NCBI RefSeq assembly: GCF_016432865.1
Contig: NC_067398.1
Location: 266,662,001-266,726,000, forward strand
Source: Antechinus flavipes
Taxonomy: Eukaryota
DNA: 64,000 bases
Direction: 5' to 3'
In this document: positions 50,130-63,494 of the stretch, piece by piece
Layout: each line of letters opens with the position of its first letter
Numbering within the stretch: position 1 is the stretch's first letter
Notes under the pieces: model-generated
Seen by the model: the letters and a program-made list of their open reading frames with translations, nothing else
Told to the model about the DNA's origin: nothing
The model's database searches: none
Program-made: the position numbers and the translations under genes

Positions 50130-50700
50130 AGAGTGTTTCAGACCAGGAGAACAGCCAGAGACAATGAATGGTGTGGAGAAATGGAATGTCTTATTTGGGA
50201 AATACCCAGAAGGCCACTGTCAATGGACTGAAGAATATGTGTTATGGAATAAGGCGTAAGAAAGCCTGGAAAAATAGGATTGAGTCTGGGGTATAAAGGG
50301 CTTTCAAATGCCAAACAGAGCAATATATATTTGCTCCTAGAGGCAATAGAAAGTCACTGTTTATTGAGTTGGGAGATGATGTGATGGGACCTGAATTTTA
50401 GGAAAATCACTTTAGTGGCTGAATGAAGAATGGACAGAAGTGAAGAAAAGCAGACAGGGCCAACCATCAGGTCACTGCAGTTATCAAGATGTGAAGCAAT
50501 GACCCCTTGCACTTAAGTAGTCGCAGCGGAGAGGGGAGAAAAGAGCATATTCAAGGGATGTTGCAAAAGTAAAACCAATAGGTCTTGACAACACTTTGGA
50601 TAGGGAAACAAGAGATAACAAGGAGAAGAGGATGATTCCTAAATTGTGAGCCTGAGGGACTGAATGAATGGTGTTGCCCTCTACAATAACAGGGATATAA
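50130..50700 (-). mobile_element. L2 fragment
   Basis: aagggctttcaaatgccaaacagag...ttaggaaaatcactttagtggctgaatgaag...aggatgattcctaaattgtgagcctg. Confidence 0.75.
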
Positions 50701-50789
50701 CAATAGAGAATAACAGGTAATCAAAAATGAACAACAATAAAACCTCAGTGTTACAGTGGTATCCATGCCATGTTAAAAGATATGGGATG

Positions 50790-51400
50790 GAAGGAAATCA
50801 TAAAGGAAGGAAAAGGAATCACATGTGCAAAAATGTTTGTAGCAGATCTTTTTGTAGTAGCAAAGAATTAGAAAGTTAGTAGATGCCCATTAGTTATGGA
50901 TATGTTATGGATATAATAAGTTATGGAATAAGGAAAAATGGAATATTATTTCTCTATAAAAATGATGAACAAGCTGATTTTAGAAAGGCCTGGAAAGATT
51001 TGCACAAATTGATGCTGAGTGAAACAAGCAGAACCAGGGATACATTGTACACCGTAATAGCAAGATTGTGTGCTAATCAATTATGAAAGACTTGGTTCTT
51101 CTTGGCAGTTCAGTGATTAAAGGCAATCCCAATAAACTTTATGATAGAAAATGCCCTCTGCATCTAGAAGAGAATATAGATATTAAGTATGTAAATCAAT
51201 GCATGCTATATTTGCTTTTTCTTTTTTCTCTCATGGTTTTTCCCTTTTGTTCTGATTTTTCTCTTCCAACATGATTCATGTAGAAATGTGTATTTAAAAA
51301 AGTTAATATACATGTATAATCAGAAAAAATAAAACATTAATTTACAAACTCCTAAAAAATAAAAATAAAAGAATAAAATTCAAATTTGAAAAAAAAAGAT
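50790..51400 (+). mobile_element. L1 3' fragment with A-rich tail
   Basis: ggaaaaggaatcacatgtgcaaaaatgtttgtagcag; ORF text KNDEQADFRKAWKDLHKLMLSETSRTR matches the end of ORF2. Confidence 0.85.
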
Positions 51401-52319
51401 ATAGGGATAGTCTTCAGGTATGGATCTTTCACATGGCATTTACAGGATAATGTATACAAGAAACAACTAAATAACATTGTGGATATAGTATTGGGCTTGG
51501 AGTCAAATCCAGCTTTGGACACTTATTAACCATGCAATTCTGGGTAAGTCTCATGACATCCCCATAATTCCATTTCCTCATCTGAAAAATAGAGATTTAC
51601 TTATACTCCTATCAAAAGAGATAATATTTGCAAAGTCCTTTGCAAACCTCAAAGCACTGTAATTATTATTGTTGTTGTTACCATAAAATGAAATTATAAT
51701 GGTGAGCTATAGCTATTTCAGCTTTGTAGAACTAAAGCATGGAAAAAAGTGTTATAAGATAGAATCCTTGTTCTCACTGGCAAAAGGAGCTTCTTAATGT
51801 CACTGATATAGTAGTGCTATTGTTATGTCCATGTAAATAGAAGAGTATGCCACAAATGAATATTCGATCATTAAGAATATATGCATATAGAAAAAAATGT
51901 ACAGAGGACTGTTACTATTGCAACATTCTAATTATATTTTTCTGGTGGAATTCAGTCTCTCAGACTCAGGAAGAAGTCTTTTGCCATAGATTTACTTGCT
52001 TCACAGCAAATCTGAAATTCAACCTGGACTCTATTTAATTACATATATATACTTTCTGATGGTATATTATAAGTTCAAGGTCTTGAAAGCCCATATTAAT
52101 AATAAAACCTCATATATGACAGACTTCCTCAAGCTGTATACATTCTTAGGTGAAGGGGAATAGGAAAAACAGATTCAGAAATAGCCATTCGGTATGAAAA
52201 GAAAAGCACTAGGTATCCGGAATGAGAACCAAGCATTTGGTTCTCTTATATGTTCTTCACAGGTAGGTATATGTGTGTATTTGTATATACTTGTATGAGC
52301 ACATGTATGTTGTTAAAGT

Positions 52320-52450
52320 CAGGTAATAAGCTTTTATTAAGGACCCACAGACAGTACTGAGTTCCAGACATTCAAAGAAAAGACAGCTCAAATCTTTAAA
52401 GTACTCATAGTCTAAGGGAAGGAACAACATATAAAATGAAGCTAAAAAAA
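52320..52450 (-). mobile_element. L2 3' end
   Basis: gcttttattaagg...tactcatagtctaagggaaggaacaacatata. Confidence 0.55.
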
Positions 52451-54078
52451 GAGGGTGTAGTGAGTCCCAAGGACAGGATAAGGTTCTACAGTCAGGTAGG
52501 AAATCATATGAGTTGTCTGCTGTGGGGCCCCTCCTTACATGAAGTATCTGGGATGACCTCTCCAGTGTCCATACTCTTTCCTTTCTAAGCAGAGGGATGG
52601 AGAGGTCCAAGGAGTAGGTGGTAATGAGAAGGTGTGAATTTTAGAGCTGATGTTATTTTGCATGAAGATGAGTTGGGGAACAGACTACTTGAAAGAGGAA
52701 GAGATGGTGGAAACTAACTTTACCTAACCCCAGAGCAAGGGATTGAGGTGGAGGAGGAGGAGGAGAAACCACTAGGCAAGATTTGCAAATGGTACCTAAG
52801 CAAAAAAAAAAAAAAAAAAAAAAAAAGTTTGCAGAAAAAAAAAAATCCATCTAGTTGAAGTTGCTAATTCCATTTTAGCAAAAAGTTTAAATAAATGGGG
52901 AAAATTCAGAGTTAAGTATTTCCCAATTAGATTTAAATTCTTTAAATCCCAAAGGGATTCATTTTAAATATTTCTTTTCCTTTTGTCTCTTGATATGATT
53001 GTCTTTTGTGGTCTTCATTTCGAGAAACAACTTTGCTAACTTGACTTCCCAAACTGCCATACCAGAGACAGCCTGATCCCTCAAGCTCCCCAGAACATGG
53101 GTTTGCAAATGAGTTTAAAATTCAATATTTATGTGATTCAGAATTTTTACAAAGGTGCTATCCATAGCACACAGAGCAAGGGAACCCCCAGGGTAGGCTC
53201 ACATTCTGGAGTTGCTCTTGGGATCTCATATATACAAAGGCTGGAGGCTTGCACAGTCTCTCAGCCAGATTCTTTTATTACTATACAAATGCATTATTAA
53301 TTAGCCACTGGGGCCTTTCCCATAGAGCATTTTAAATTACAGCTAAATTCCTTGATGGCATTCTGCGTAATGTAAAAGTGAATTTCCTGTGTTCAAAGCA
53401 ATAAACAAGTTGAGGTGTGGTGTTTGAATAGCCAGGTTAATTGCTGTTTAAGGTTTAGGATGGGAAGAAGAGGGAGGAGAGATTGGAATAATAACTCTCA
53501 ATTTTCCAGAATTTTGTTTGTGATACTAAGTAAGCCTGGTGGCAGGTGCAGTGGCAAGACCAAAAAAAAAAAAAAGTGGAGTTAAAGGACCTGGGTTCAG
53601 ATGCAGATTGTATTACACATCTTTCTTAATTCCTATAGGCCTTATTTGGAAAATGAGAGGATTGGACTAGGTTAATCCCCAGATTCTCCTCCATTTATAT
53701 CTCTATGATTTATGAAGGTGGTAGATCTTTGAGCTATGCTATCTGATTTCATCATGTAGGTATTGCTTTTACCACCAACTATTTTACTTTCAAGTATTTT
53801 ATTTTGCTTGGACCCAAATCATCCTGGCGAAATAGTCACTCCTCCAAGGCATGTTAGCAACATGATAATATTAACTCATATTTATATACCTAAAGTACTT
53901 TCCTCATAACAAAACAATCTACATGATAGCTAATATGACATGAGGACATTTGACGAAGACCATTATTAGATATTAGAGTTGTAACTCAAACACTAGTCTT
54001 TTAACTCTGAAACAAGTGCTCTATCCAATACTGAAACAGCTGACTATATTATGCTACTTTAAGGCTGGGAAGGATACA

Positions 54079-54213
54079 NNNNNNNNNNNNNNNNNNNNNN
54101 NNNNNNNNNNNNNNNNNNNNNNNNNNNNNNNNNNNNNNNNNNNNNNNNNNNNNNNNNNNNNNNNNNNNNNNNNNNNNNNNNNNNNNNNNNNNNNNNNNNN
54201 NNNNNNNNNNNNN
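54079..54213. other. Assembly gap (135 N)
   Basis: Run of N. Confidence 1.
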
Positions 54214-55462
54214 CCCCCCCCCCTTCCTCCCTGTTTGCTTCCTTCCTTCCTGGCTGGTGTGAATTTCCAGCTTATGATTTTGACTCCAAAGGAAAAAATT
54301 AGTTAAAAACTTGGACTTAAGAATAACTATTTCACAGCGGAAAGTCACAAAACCATCTACATTAGAAAGGCCACCTTTATAGCCATAGTCTTTTTGACCC
54401 AGAAAAACTCTTGGACTTCAGGTCTGTGTTTTCAGTACCTAGAAATTTCACTGAATAATTGTAAAAGGAAGAAAGGATGTTCTGCCTGTCTTTCCAGCAT
54501 ATTTCATTAAAGCATTGGTGAAGAGAGAAAAGATTTGTCCTCCTGCTTTGTCTTCAATGACTTATTCTTCTCAGTTGCAAAATCAAAGTTTTCCATACTT
54601 TATATTGACTTGTTTAAGTCATATAATCACAGGAGCTGGAAGAGGCCTTAATGATCACAAACCTCTTTAGGTTCTGTTTGAGCACCCCCAATGACAGGGT
54701 TACTTAACATTCTACTTAGCAGGAAGGATGGAACTTGAATGCTTGTCTATGGGTCTTCAAAATGGTACCAGTACCTAAATGAGAGGCTCAGAAAGTTGGA
54801 ATCACATTCATCTAAGGACATGACTAACTTTACTTTTGGATAGAATAGAGGTTAGATATAAGATTTAGACATTATGAGGCAGCTACCTCAAGAACCAAAG
54901 GAAATGGAATTTTTGATCGTCTGCCAGGGAGAGTTAATTATACACAGATTACTGTTGCGTTTCTGGGACATTGGGTTACTGAGGAGTGAAGAAGGAGGCA
55001 CAGGAAAGTGAAGAAAAGGATTCTAAAAGTAGGAATGGAATGACAAAGGCAAATTTTGCTTATTTCATCATTTTGCATGGAGTTGGACCTTTCCACAAAA
55101 GCAGTGACCTCTAAGGTAGCATGTCCTATAATATTTCTTGACCTAACTTTCTTCCCTGCCTTAGAATATTAAGAAGATACAATCCTTCCACATGGGGAAA
55201 GACTAAAATAGGTTGGAAAACATAGTAACTGAATTTCTACTTAGGTTTCTAAATATGATGTTGAATTCCCCCCCCCTCATTCTAGATTTTCCAATTCCTG
55301 GATTTGAGTAAATTCTGAATCTTGCTTAGAACTAAGTCATAGAAATTGACACTATTTAAAAATTGAAACATCCTAACCTAAATCATGACATTCAAAACAC
55401 CTTAACTACTCTAGCAATAACCCCCGCCCCAATCAAGTATTCCCTGTGTACCTCATGTGTGA

Positions 55463-55700
55463 GGCACCTAGATGGCACAGTGGTTTGGAATCATCACATT
55501 TATTTTCATGAGTTCAAATCTGGCCTCAGATACTTAATATCTGTGAGACCATGAGCAAGGCATTTAACCTTGTTTGCCTCAGTTTCCTCATCCTTAATAT
55601 GAGCTGGAGAAGAAAATGGGAAACCACTCCATTACCAAGAAAACCCTAATATTCAGTCACAAAGAGTCTTTTCAACTGAAAAATAACTGAACAACAGCCA
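55463..55700 (+). mobile_element. MAR1-type SINE
   Basis: ggcacctagatggcacagtg head, gagttcaaatctggcctcagatac, CORE, and ccaagaaaacc...gtcacaaagagtc tail. Confidence 0.8.
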
Positions 55701-55949
55701 CCTGCTATGTGTCCAGCTCTGTGCTTGGCACAATGGAGGATACTAAGGAGTATAAGATACAGAGCTATGTCCTCAAGAAGCTTATGATTTTATTGATTAA
55801 TTGATGGGGAGTTTAGTTATTTATTCCTGGCTTATCTGCTTAATGTATAATATAGACACTAAATTCTTGTAGAAGAAGAGATACTTTTTGATACTAAGAA
55901 GCAAATAGATGATGGGCTTGGAGTCTAGTCTCTCTGACCTCATTATTCA

Positions 55950-57135
55950 AGAACAGTTCTCTCTAAAGTTATCAATGACCTCTTAATTGTCAAATCCAAG
56001 GACCTTCTTTTCAATCCTTATCCTTCTTGATTTCTATGAAGCCTTGGATGCTCTTCTCCTTGATATTCTTTTATCTCTAGGATATTATTCTATCCCGATT
56101 CTACTTCTATTTGTCTGAGAGCTCCTACTCAATCTTATTTATCTTAGTACAGGTTATACCCATTCATTCTGTATATCTTCCAGTGTTTTTTTTTGGGGGG
56201 GGGTTGTTTTGGTCTGTCATTGGTATATCTATGTTATGATATCTTGTCTATACTACTTCACTTAATGATTTCATTAGTTTTCATTGATTCAGTTGTCTTC
56301 TCTATGCTGAAGAATCCCACATCAATTATCCATTTCTAACATTTCTCCTAATTTCCAGACTTACAACTCCAACCATCTTTTGGACACCTCAGACTTGATT
56401 TTCTGTAGATACTTTAATGTCCAAAGCTGAACTCATCATCTTTATGCAAAATCTCTTATCTGCTGAATTTTCCTGTTACTTTAAAGGGCATTACCACCTT
56501 TCCAGTTACCCAGGCTCACAGCTTAGATACCACCTTTCATCCTTCACTCTCTCTCACTCCCCACTATTTAAGTGTTGTTGAGGCTTTCATCAACTCATAC
56601 CTTTATTATTGCATTAGTCTGCTGATTGATCTCCATGACTCAAGTCCTCCCCTTTTTCAATCCAGTCTACACTCAGTGCTAAAATTAATCCCCTCAAAGT
56701 TCAAGTTTGACTGTCCCCTCAACTTCTATTAAATAAGCTCCCTATCACCTTTAGGATTAAACATATATTTCTTTGGTATTCAAAACCCTTCATGACTTAG
56801 CTCCTCTCCACCCTTTTGTATTTTCTTGTATCTTACTCACTCCAACATACTCTGCAATACAGTTATGCTGATTTCCTTGATGTTACTTACATAAGATGCC
56901 ATGTCTTGATTTTGCATTTTCACTGTTTCTCTCTCCTATCTGGAGATTCCTGCCTCTTTGTTTCCTGGCTTCCTTCAGATTTCTGCTAAAATTCTACCTT
57001 CTATAAGCCTTTCCTGATTCTTTCTTAACGCTAATGCTTACCCTCTGTTGACAATCTTCAATTTATCTTGGACATATTTTATTTACACAGAGTTATTACC
57101 ATATTGTATTCCCCATTAGAATGTGAGTTCAAGAG
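55950..57135 (+). mobile_element. L2 (ORF2 to 3' region); its terminus resumes at about 58305-58385
   Basis: Pyrimidine-rich L2 text: aaagttatcaatgacctcttaattgtcaaatcca, aatgtccaaagctgaactcatcatc, cccattagaatgtgag. Confidence 0.8.
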
Positions 57136-57139
57136 AAAG

Positions 57140-58120
57140 GACCATCAATTTCTAGTCATTTGAAAAAATGCTCTAAATTCCTATTAATTAGAGAAATGCA
57201 AATTAAGACAACTCTGAGGTATCACTTCATTGTTTCAGCTTGGCTAAGATGAGAGGAAAAGATAAATGTTGGAGGGATATGGGAAAGCTTGGAAACTAAT
57301 GCATGGTTGGTGGAGCTGTAAACTGATCCAACCATTCTGCAGAGTAATTTGGAAGTATGCCCAATGGGCTATCAAACTGTGCATAATCTTTGATCTAGCA
57401 GTTTTACTACTAGCAGTTTACTACAGATTACAGCAGTTTCTGTATCCCAAAAAATAATTTTAAAAAGGCAAAAGGTCCCAAATGTGCAATAAGTGTTTGT
57501 AGCAGATTTTTTGTTTCTTTGTTTGTTTTAGAGGCAAGGAACTGGACATTGAATGGATGCCCATTAGTTGGAGAATAGCTGAATAAATTATGGTATATTT
57601 GTAATAGATTATTGTTTCTTTAGAAATGACAGACTGATTTCAGAAAAAATGAACTGATGCTGAGTCAAGTAAGCAGATCCAAGAGGACATTGTATACAGT
57701 AACAAGATTATGTGATGATCACCTATGATGGACTGGCTCTTTTCAGCAATGAGATGATTCAAGGCAATTCTAGTAGACTTGAAATGGAAAGTGCCACCCA
57801 CTTCTGAAGAGAGAAATGTGGAGACTGAATGTTGATAAAAGCACTTTGTTGTTGTTGTTCTTGTTGTCATTTGTTTGTTTCCTTTTTTTTCTCATTTTTT
57901 TTCTCTTGATCAGAATGATGAACATGGAAATATTCATATTTATGAATATTATTCTAATGTTTGGAAGAATCACACATGTTTAACTATATCAAATTGCTTG
58001 CTATCTTGAGGAGAAGGGAAGGAGGAAGGAGAGAGAAAAATAGGGAACAAAACATTTTGCAAAGATGAATGTTGAAAACTACCTTTGCATATATTTGGAA
58101 AAATAAAATATTTTTGGAAA
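57140..58120 (+). mobile_element. L1 3' fragment (ORF2 C-terminus plus 3' UTR)
   Basis: agagaaatgcaaattaagacaactctgagg; ORF text LEGYGKAWKLMHGWWSCKLIQPF; terminus gaatgttgaaaactacctttgcatatatttgg. Confidence 0.85.
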
Positions 58121-58462
58121 AAAAAAGATCAGGTTCCATCAGGCAGTTAGTCAACCAGCATTTATTAAACACCTTATAGATATGTGCTAAATACTGGAGA
58201 TACAAAGAAAGTTTAAAGTAAATAATTCCTCTTCTCTAGGAGCTCACAGTCTAAGACAAAATGTAGACGATTATGTACAAACAAGATATATAAATATTCA
58301 GAAGAAAAACACTGTCTTTTGTCTTTCTTTATATCCCAACCCTTAGTACCTATTAGGTGCTTAATAAGTACTTATTGACTGATTAAATCTGTGACCGGAC
58401 TTACCCATAATCTGGAGAGACTAGAAAGACTGAGAAGACTAGAATATGAAGGCATGTATTGG

Positions 58463-58645
58463 NNNNNNNNNNNNNNNNNNNNNNNNNNNNNNNNNNNNNN
58501 NNNNNNNNNNNNNNNNNNNNNNNNNNNNNNNNNNNNNNNNNNNNNNNNNNNNNNNNNNNNNNNNNNNNNNNNNNNNNNNNNNNNNNNNNNNNNNNNNNNN
58601 NNNNNNNNNNNNNNNNNNNNNNNNNNNNNNNNNNNNNNNNNNNNN
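58463..58645. other. Assembly gap (183 N)
   Basis: Run of N. Confidence 1.
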
Positions 58646-59944
58646 GATACTGGAGATAAAAAGAAAGGCAAAAAACAAGCTTTGTACTTTCAAGGACTTC
58701 ACAGCCTAACGGGGGAAAAAACTCTCTGAAAAGGAGACAAATTGAGTTGGTGACCAAGTGATTTGGGACCCCTGAATACAAGAAGAAAAAGAAGTGAGTC
58801 TGATGACATTATTTGTAAAATATCCCCTATTAGTTATTTAGCCTCATCCCCTCCACTTTCTCCTGTTGACATGTACTCTCATTCTGCTTTCTCACTTGAA
58901 TTTTTCCCAGCATCAACAGGAAACTGTTCATGGGAGCCTAATAATACTGAATATTTTTCACTCTGAGCTTTGCTGTGCTACAAGATGAACTATTTGTGTT
59001 TTATGACCTGGCCTCATTTTTTGAAGACCATGTTCTGCTTTAATGACAACATAAACCTTTTTTTTCAAAATTTTGGAGAATAAATTAGTTTGCTAATTTT
59101 ATCATTAAGAGTTTATCAAAGCAAGCATCATTTCAATCTTCCTCTAATCAATCGCCATTTTCTGTGTTTATTTCCTCTTCAATTTTTAACACAGGGCTCT
59201 GTACACATCAATTTGTCTCATGTTCTTTCTACATATGCTTTAAATTACTTTATCATTGTATAAATTTCACAGCCATTAAAAAGCTCTAATAGCAGAATGG
59301 CTGACATGGTGTTAAAAATTGGATTCAATTCCATAGGGTAATAAATTGTGACCTAAATTCAATCTCTCATGGGTGACTGAAGGATACAATGAAAAATTAT
59401 TGCTTTGTCATTTTTTACCTAATACAAATATTCCATGCAGGCCAGAAGCCAGGTACAGAGAAATGGGCCGAAACCACCACTGGCTATTTTTCAACAGAGG
59501 CAGTGGACCAGATTCTTTGATGCTTTGGCCACTCTATGATTTTACCACATGTGTATTCTTTTTACTGAAAAAGCCCACAATTCTTCTATGCTCTCTCATC
59601 CTGTGAGATTCTTGACATTGTCTCTGAAGATTTGAAATTACAAGAGAACTGAGAGCTTATTTTATAAATGAAAAGAATGAGCACAGGGGAGATAAAGTAA
59701 TATGTCCAAAATCACATAGGTTTAAGAGGCAGGGATGAGATTAAAGGCCAAGTCATCCTACCTCCAGGTCAAATATGCACTGTGGTCTATAGATTAAAAA
59801 CTGTCCTAGATACTTCCTACCTGTGTAAGTATGGGCAAGTCATGAAAATAATTTAACTTCCGGAGGCTTTGGTTTCTTATCTGTAAAATGGGAAGATTGG
59901 ACTAAATGTAAATGTATACTCCTAAGTGACTTAACACTTTAGAG

Positions 59945-60132
59945 TAGGGGTCCTCAAACTGTTTAAATAGGGGGCCAGTTCACTGTCCCTCAGACTGTTG
60001 GAGGGCCGGACTATAGTAAAAACAAAAACTTTGTTTTGTGGGCCTTTAAATAAAGAAACTTCATATCCTGGATGTGGAGGATAATTGTCCTCAGCTGCCG
60101 CCTCTGGCCCGGGCGTAGTTTGAGGACCCTTG
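59945..60132. mobile_element. OC1 (OposCharlie1)-type hAT non-autonomous MITE, 188 bp, with a perfect 8-bp TSD
   Basis: TIRs taggggtcctcaaact / agtttgaggacccttg (consensus CAGGGGTCCTCAAACT). TSD ctttagag is at 59937-59944 and 60133-60140. Several CpGs are retained. Confidence 0.88.
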
Positions 60133-60412
60133 CTTTAGAGCCTCAATTTATTCATCTGTTTAAAAAAAAAAGATGGCAATATTTGTACCTCCTACTTCAC
60201 AGGATTATTGTGAGAAAAGTGCTGTTTTTAAAGAGACAGAAAAATGAGAACAGTTAATTGTTGTTATCATCATTATCACCATCATTATCATCAACACTGT
60301 TTGCTGCTCTACCTAACTCAATACAAGTTTTGCCTTCAGTAGCTGTGGGGCTTTCCACCTTTTCTTTTCCATTCTACATAACCAGCCAATCTCCTTTAAT
60401 GGTGTTATGTAC

Positions 60413-60488
60413 GTGTGTGTGTGTGTGTGTGTGTGTTTATATATATATGTACATATATATATATATATGGATATATATATATATATAT
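60413..60488 (+). repeat. Compound (GT)n(TA)n microsatellite
   Basis: Direct reading. Confidence 0.95.
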
Positions 60489-61859
60489 CCATCCTTGGTA
60501 AAGCTGCTTATGCTGCTTCTTGCACATTAGCTATTGTTACCAACATGTTGCTACCTGCTCAGACCCACCAAGTGTCTTTTTATTGCCTTTTGGGTTATTT
60601 GTTATTTTAATTGTCCCAGGAGAGTGGTTTTCCATGATTCACTGCCATGAGGCATCACTGGAATAATGTCAGCATCTTGATGGACTGGATTTACTGGATT
60701 CACATGGAGGCAGTTTAGCAAAATGGAAAGGGCTTTGACCTTGCAGTCACAAGATCTAGATGTGAATGGTACCTCAAACCTCTGCTAGCTATATGACCAC
60801 TCCACAACTCTGTGCTTATTTCCTCTATAAAATGAGAGATGGGTTTGGGGGAGGGGATAGAGTAGATAATATACTTTCTACATTTTTTTCAGCTCTAACA
60901 GTCCATGGTTCTGTGAATCTCTGTGGCTGGCAAGCAATCAGCTGCTAAGAAGAGAGAAGTCTCCTAAGAGAAAGACTCTTTCATTTTTTTGTGAATCATA
61001 GCCTACTGACATCATCCATCTGGTGTTCAGTTAATCAGCCAAATCCCTGGTACCTAGCCAGGTTGAGGCACAGCCTTCTGAGGCTAAGAGGAAAAAAAGT
61101 CATTCTAACTTTTGGCTGCCCCAGAGTCATCATTGTGCTCACCCTACAGGTTCCCAAAATAACTGACATTTCACCTAGGGAAGGTCCATATTGTGGCAGA
61201 GTTATGGTGAATGCCTTGAGTAAAAAATCAAAGTCAAATCTAGTTGCTGTCTTTATAGAAAGCCACATTAGCTTTTCTAATGATAACAACTGACATTTTA
61301 AAACTCTCTATGACCTAATGTTATAGTGGAAAGAGCCATTAACCAAAAGTCCTAAGAGCTTTTGCCACCAATTAGATATTTAGTTTTGGATAGGTTACTT
61401 AAGTTGATCTCAGTTTCCTCAGCTATAAAATGAAAGAGTTGAACCAGCCGCTCTTTAATATTTATCATGTTGCAGGATCCTATTGATTTAATTCATCCTT
61501 CTTTTCCTCTTCTTTTAGCCATTTCTGTTCTGTCCATATTTACTCTTTCCTTTCATGGGTAATCCTTGTTTTAAGCAGACAATAGGACTGAAACCAAATA
61601 CAAAAAAATCAGATAAATTATCCACAGTAGAAAAAGGTATCTTCATTTGACAAAAGGATTCACTCTAGCCTTCTTTAATTAGAGAACATTTTAAGGATTT
61701 GTTCATAGCACAACATAACAGTACAATAATATCATAATATATATTATACTAATAATGGAATGTTGATAGCAGAATAACAACAGCAACAGCACATATTTAC
61801 TTTTATTCAATGCACAAAACACTTTCTCACAATGGTCTAGTAAGGTGAATAGTTATGAC

Positions 61860-62070
61860 TAAGTCATTTTTCAGTCCAACTGTCCATGATCCTATTTTGG
61901 GTTTTCCTGACAGAAATGCAGGAGTAGTTTGCCAGTTCCTTCTCCAGCTCATTTTATAGATGAGGAAACTGAGGCAAATAGGATTAAGCTGTGACTTATT
62001 CAGGATCATACAAGTGTCTGAGGCCAGATTTGAACTCCAATTTTCCTTTTTCCAGGCCCAGCACCATTAT
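61860..62070 (-). mobile_element. MAR1-type SINE
   Basis: ttcagtccaactgtccatgatcc...ggagtagtttgccagttccttctccagctcattttatagatgaggaaactgaggc...gatttgaactc. Confidence 0.8.
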
Positions 62071-62151
62071 GCATCAAATATCTAACTTGTAAATGGTGTA
62101 AGTTATTATTACCCCCATTTTATGAATGAGGCTCAAAGGGGTTAAGTGAAA

Positions 62152-62370
62152 TGTGTGCCAGAGCTAGCTCTAACAAGCTTTCAGAGTCTATTGTTAAATT
62201 TTTAGTGTTCTTATTAACACTCCAGAAATAGGCAATCACTACAAATCATTTTATTTGATTTTTATTGTTTGGCTGATTGTCTAGACTTAATAAAATGCAG
62301 ATTAAACTTTAAAAGTATGTATGCATAAACCTGTCTCCCCCAAAATCCAAATATTAAACATCTACCAAGA
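62152..62370. mobile_element. hAT-Tip100-like (MamRep-type) element, uninterrupted copy
   Basis: gtgccagagctagctct...tattgttaaattt...gctgattgtctagactt...attaaactttaaaagt...taaacatctacca. Opposite orientation to the copy at 46590. Confidence 0.65.
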
Positions 62371-62947
62371 TACTCTTATACTGCTATATAAACATTGAGC
62401 TCAGCAGGAATATAGGAGAAGGTTCAGAGAATGAAGTCATCACAAGACTGAAGACCTAGCAATTGTAGAATTCTCTTCAAAATATTTTATATAGGGTTTG
62501 GTTATAAAAACTATTAAGACTGAAAACTGTACTACAATTTTGGGGACACCATGGATTTACCACTTTCTAATTCCAATGCCTGGCACACAGTTGGCACTTA
62601 ATAAGTGTTTGCTGATTGATAAATATTTTCACATTCTCTACCTCATTTCCTCATTATAAGAATCTTGTGAGTTATTTGAAGTAGGGGTTGTTATCTCCAT
62701 TTATATACTAGGAAATTTAAACTCAGGAAATGAAGTTACTGGACTAAGATCACAGGACTAATTTCAGGTGGATCCAGGAACTAGGCTTTTTGACTCCCTA
62801 TCTACTACATGATCCTACCACCAAGCTCTTAAAAGATTGAGGGCTGATGCTTCTGCTCTGATACCCTCATAGCCAAGGCAGTACCTCTAGAAGAATTTTT
62901 TATATGTGCAGTTTCCTAAATTGTGAGCCAATATTCATATCCTATAA

Positions 62948-63185
62948 ATCAATCAATAAAACATTTATTAAGTGCCTGAGCTAAGAAGTGAAGATGCAAA
63001 AAAAGAGGCAAAAGATAGTTCTTAACTTCAAGAAGCTTACAGCCTAATAATGGAGGAGACAACATGGAAACAAACATATAGAAGCAGATTACATACAGAA
63101 TAAATTGGAGACAATTAACAAGGAAAAGCCTGGAATTAAGAGGGGTTAAAGAAGGCTTTTTCTGAAAGGGAGGATTATAGTTGTG
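62948..63185 (-). mobile_element. L2 3' end
   Basis: aatcaatcaataaaacatttattaagtgcc...tcaagaagcttacagcctaat. Confidence 0.75.
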
Positions 63186-63494
63186 TATCCCTACATAAAC
63201 AAGGCAATGGTGGACAATCTCTGAGTAAAGGGGGAGGTATTAAGCCTCCTGATCTGAAGCTAAGATATCTAACATTTGACTGTTCACAGCTGGGCAAACT
63301 CAGTTTGGAAACATAGGGAAGTCTTTTAGTTTCCAAAAGACCTCGTTATCCATGAGCAGAAGGAAAACTGATTAGTGAAACTTTATATTGAACTGCTTCA
63401 AGCTATTGTCTTCTTCTCCCATGAATTTAAGGCTATAATCACACTATCAACCTTTCATTCTAGACACATCATCAGGAATATCCAGAGGGTAGGA

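Noticed and set aside
52780-52850. Long poly(A) runs as the tail of a processed pseudogene
   Set aside because: No TSD, recognisable upstream coding sequence or properly spaced poly(A) signal.
58372-58781. Cluster of ORFs, including LERLERLRRLEYEGMYW
   Set aside because: They are open only because they cross a 183-N gap, and the flanks are L2 remnants.
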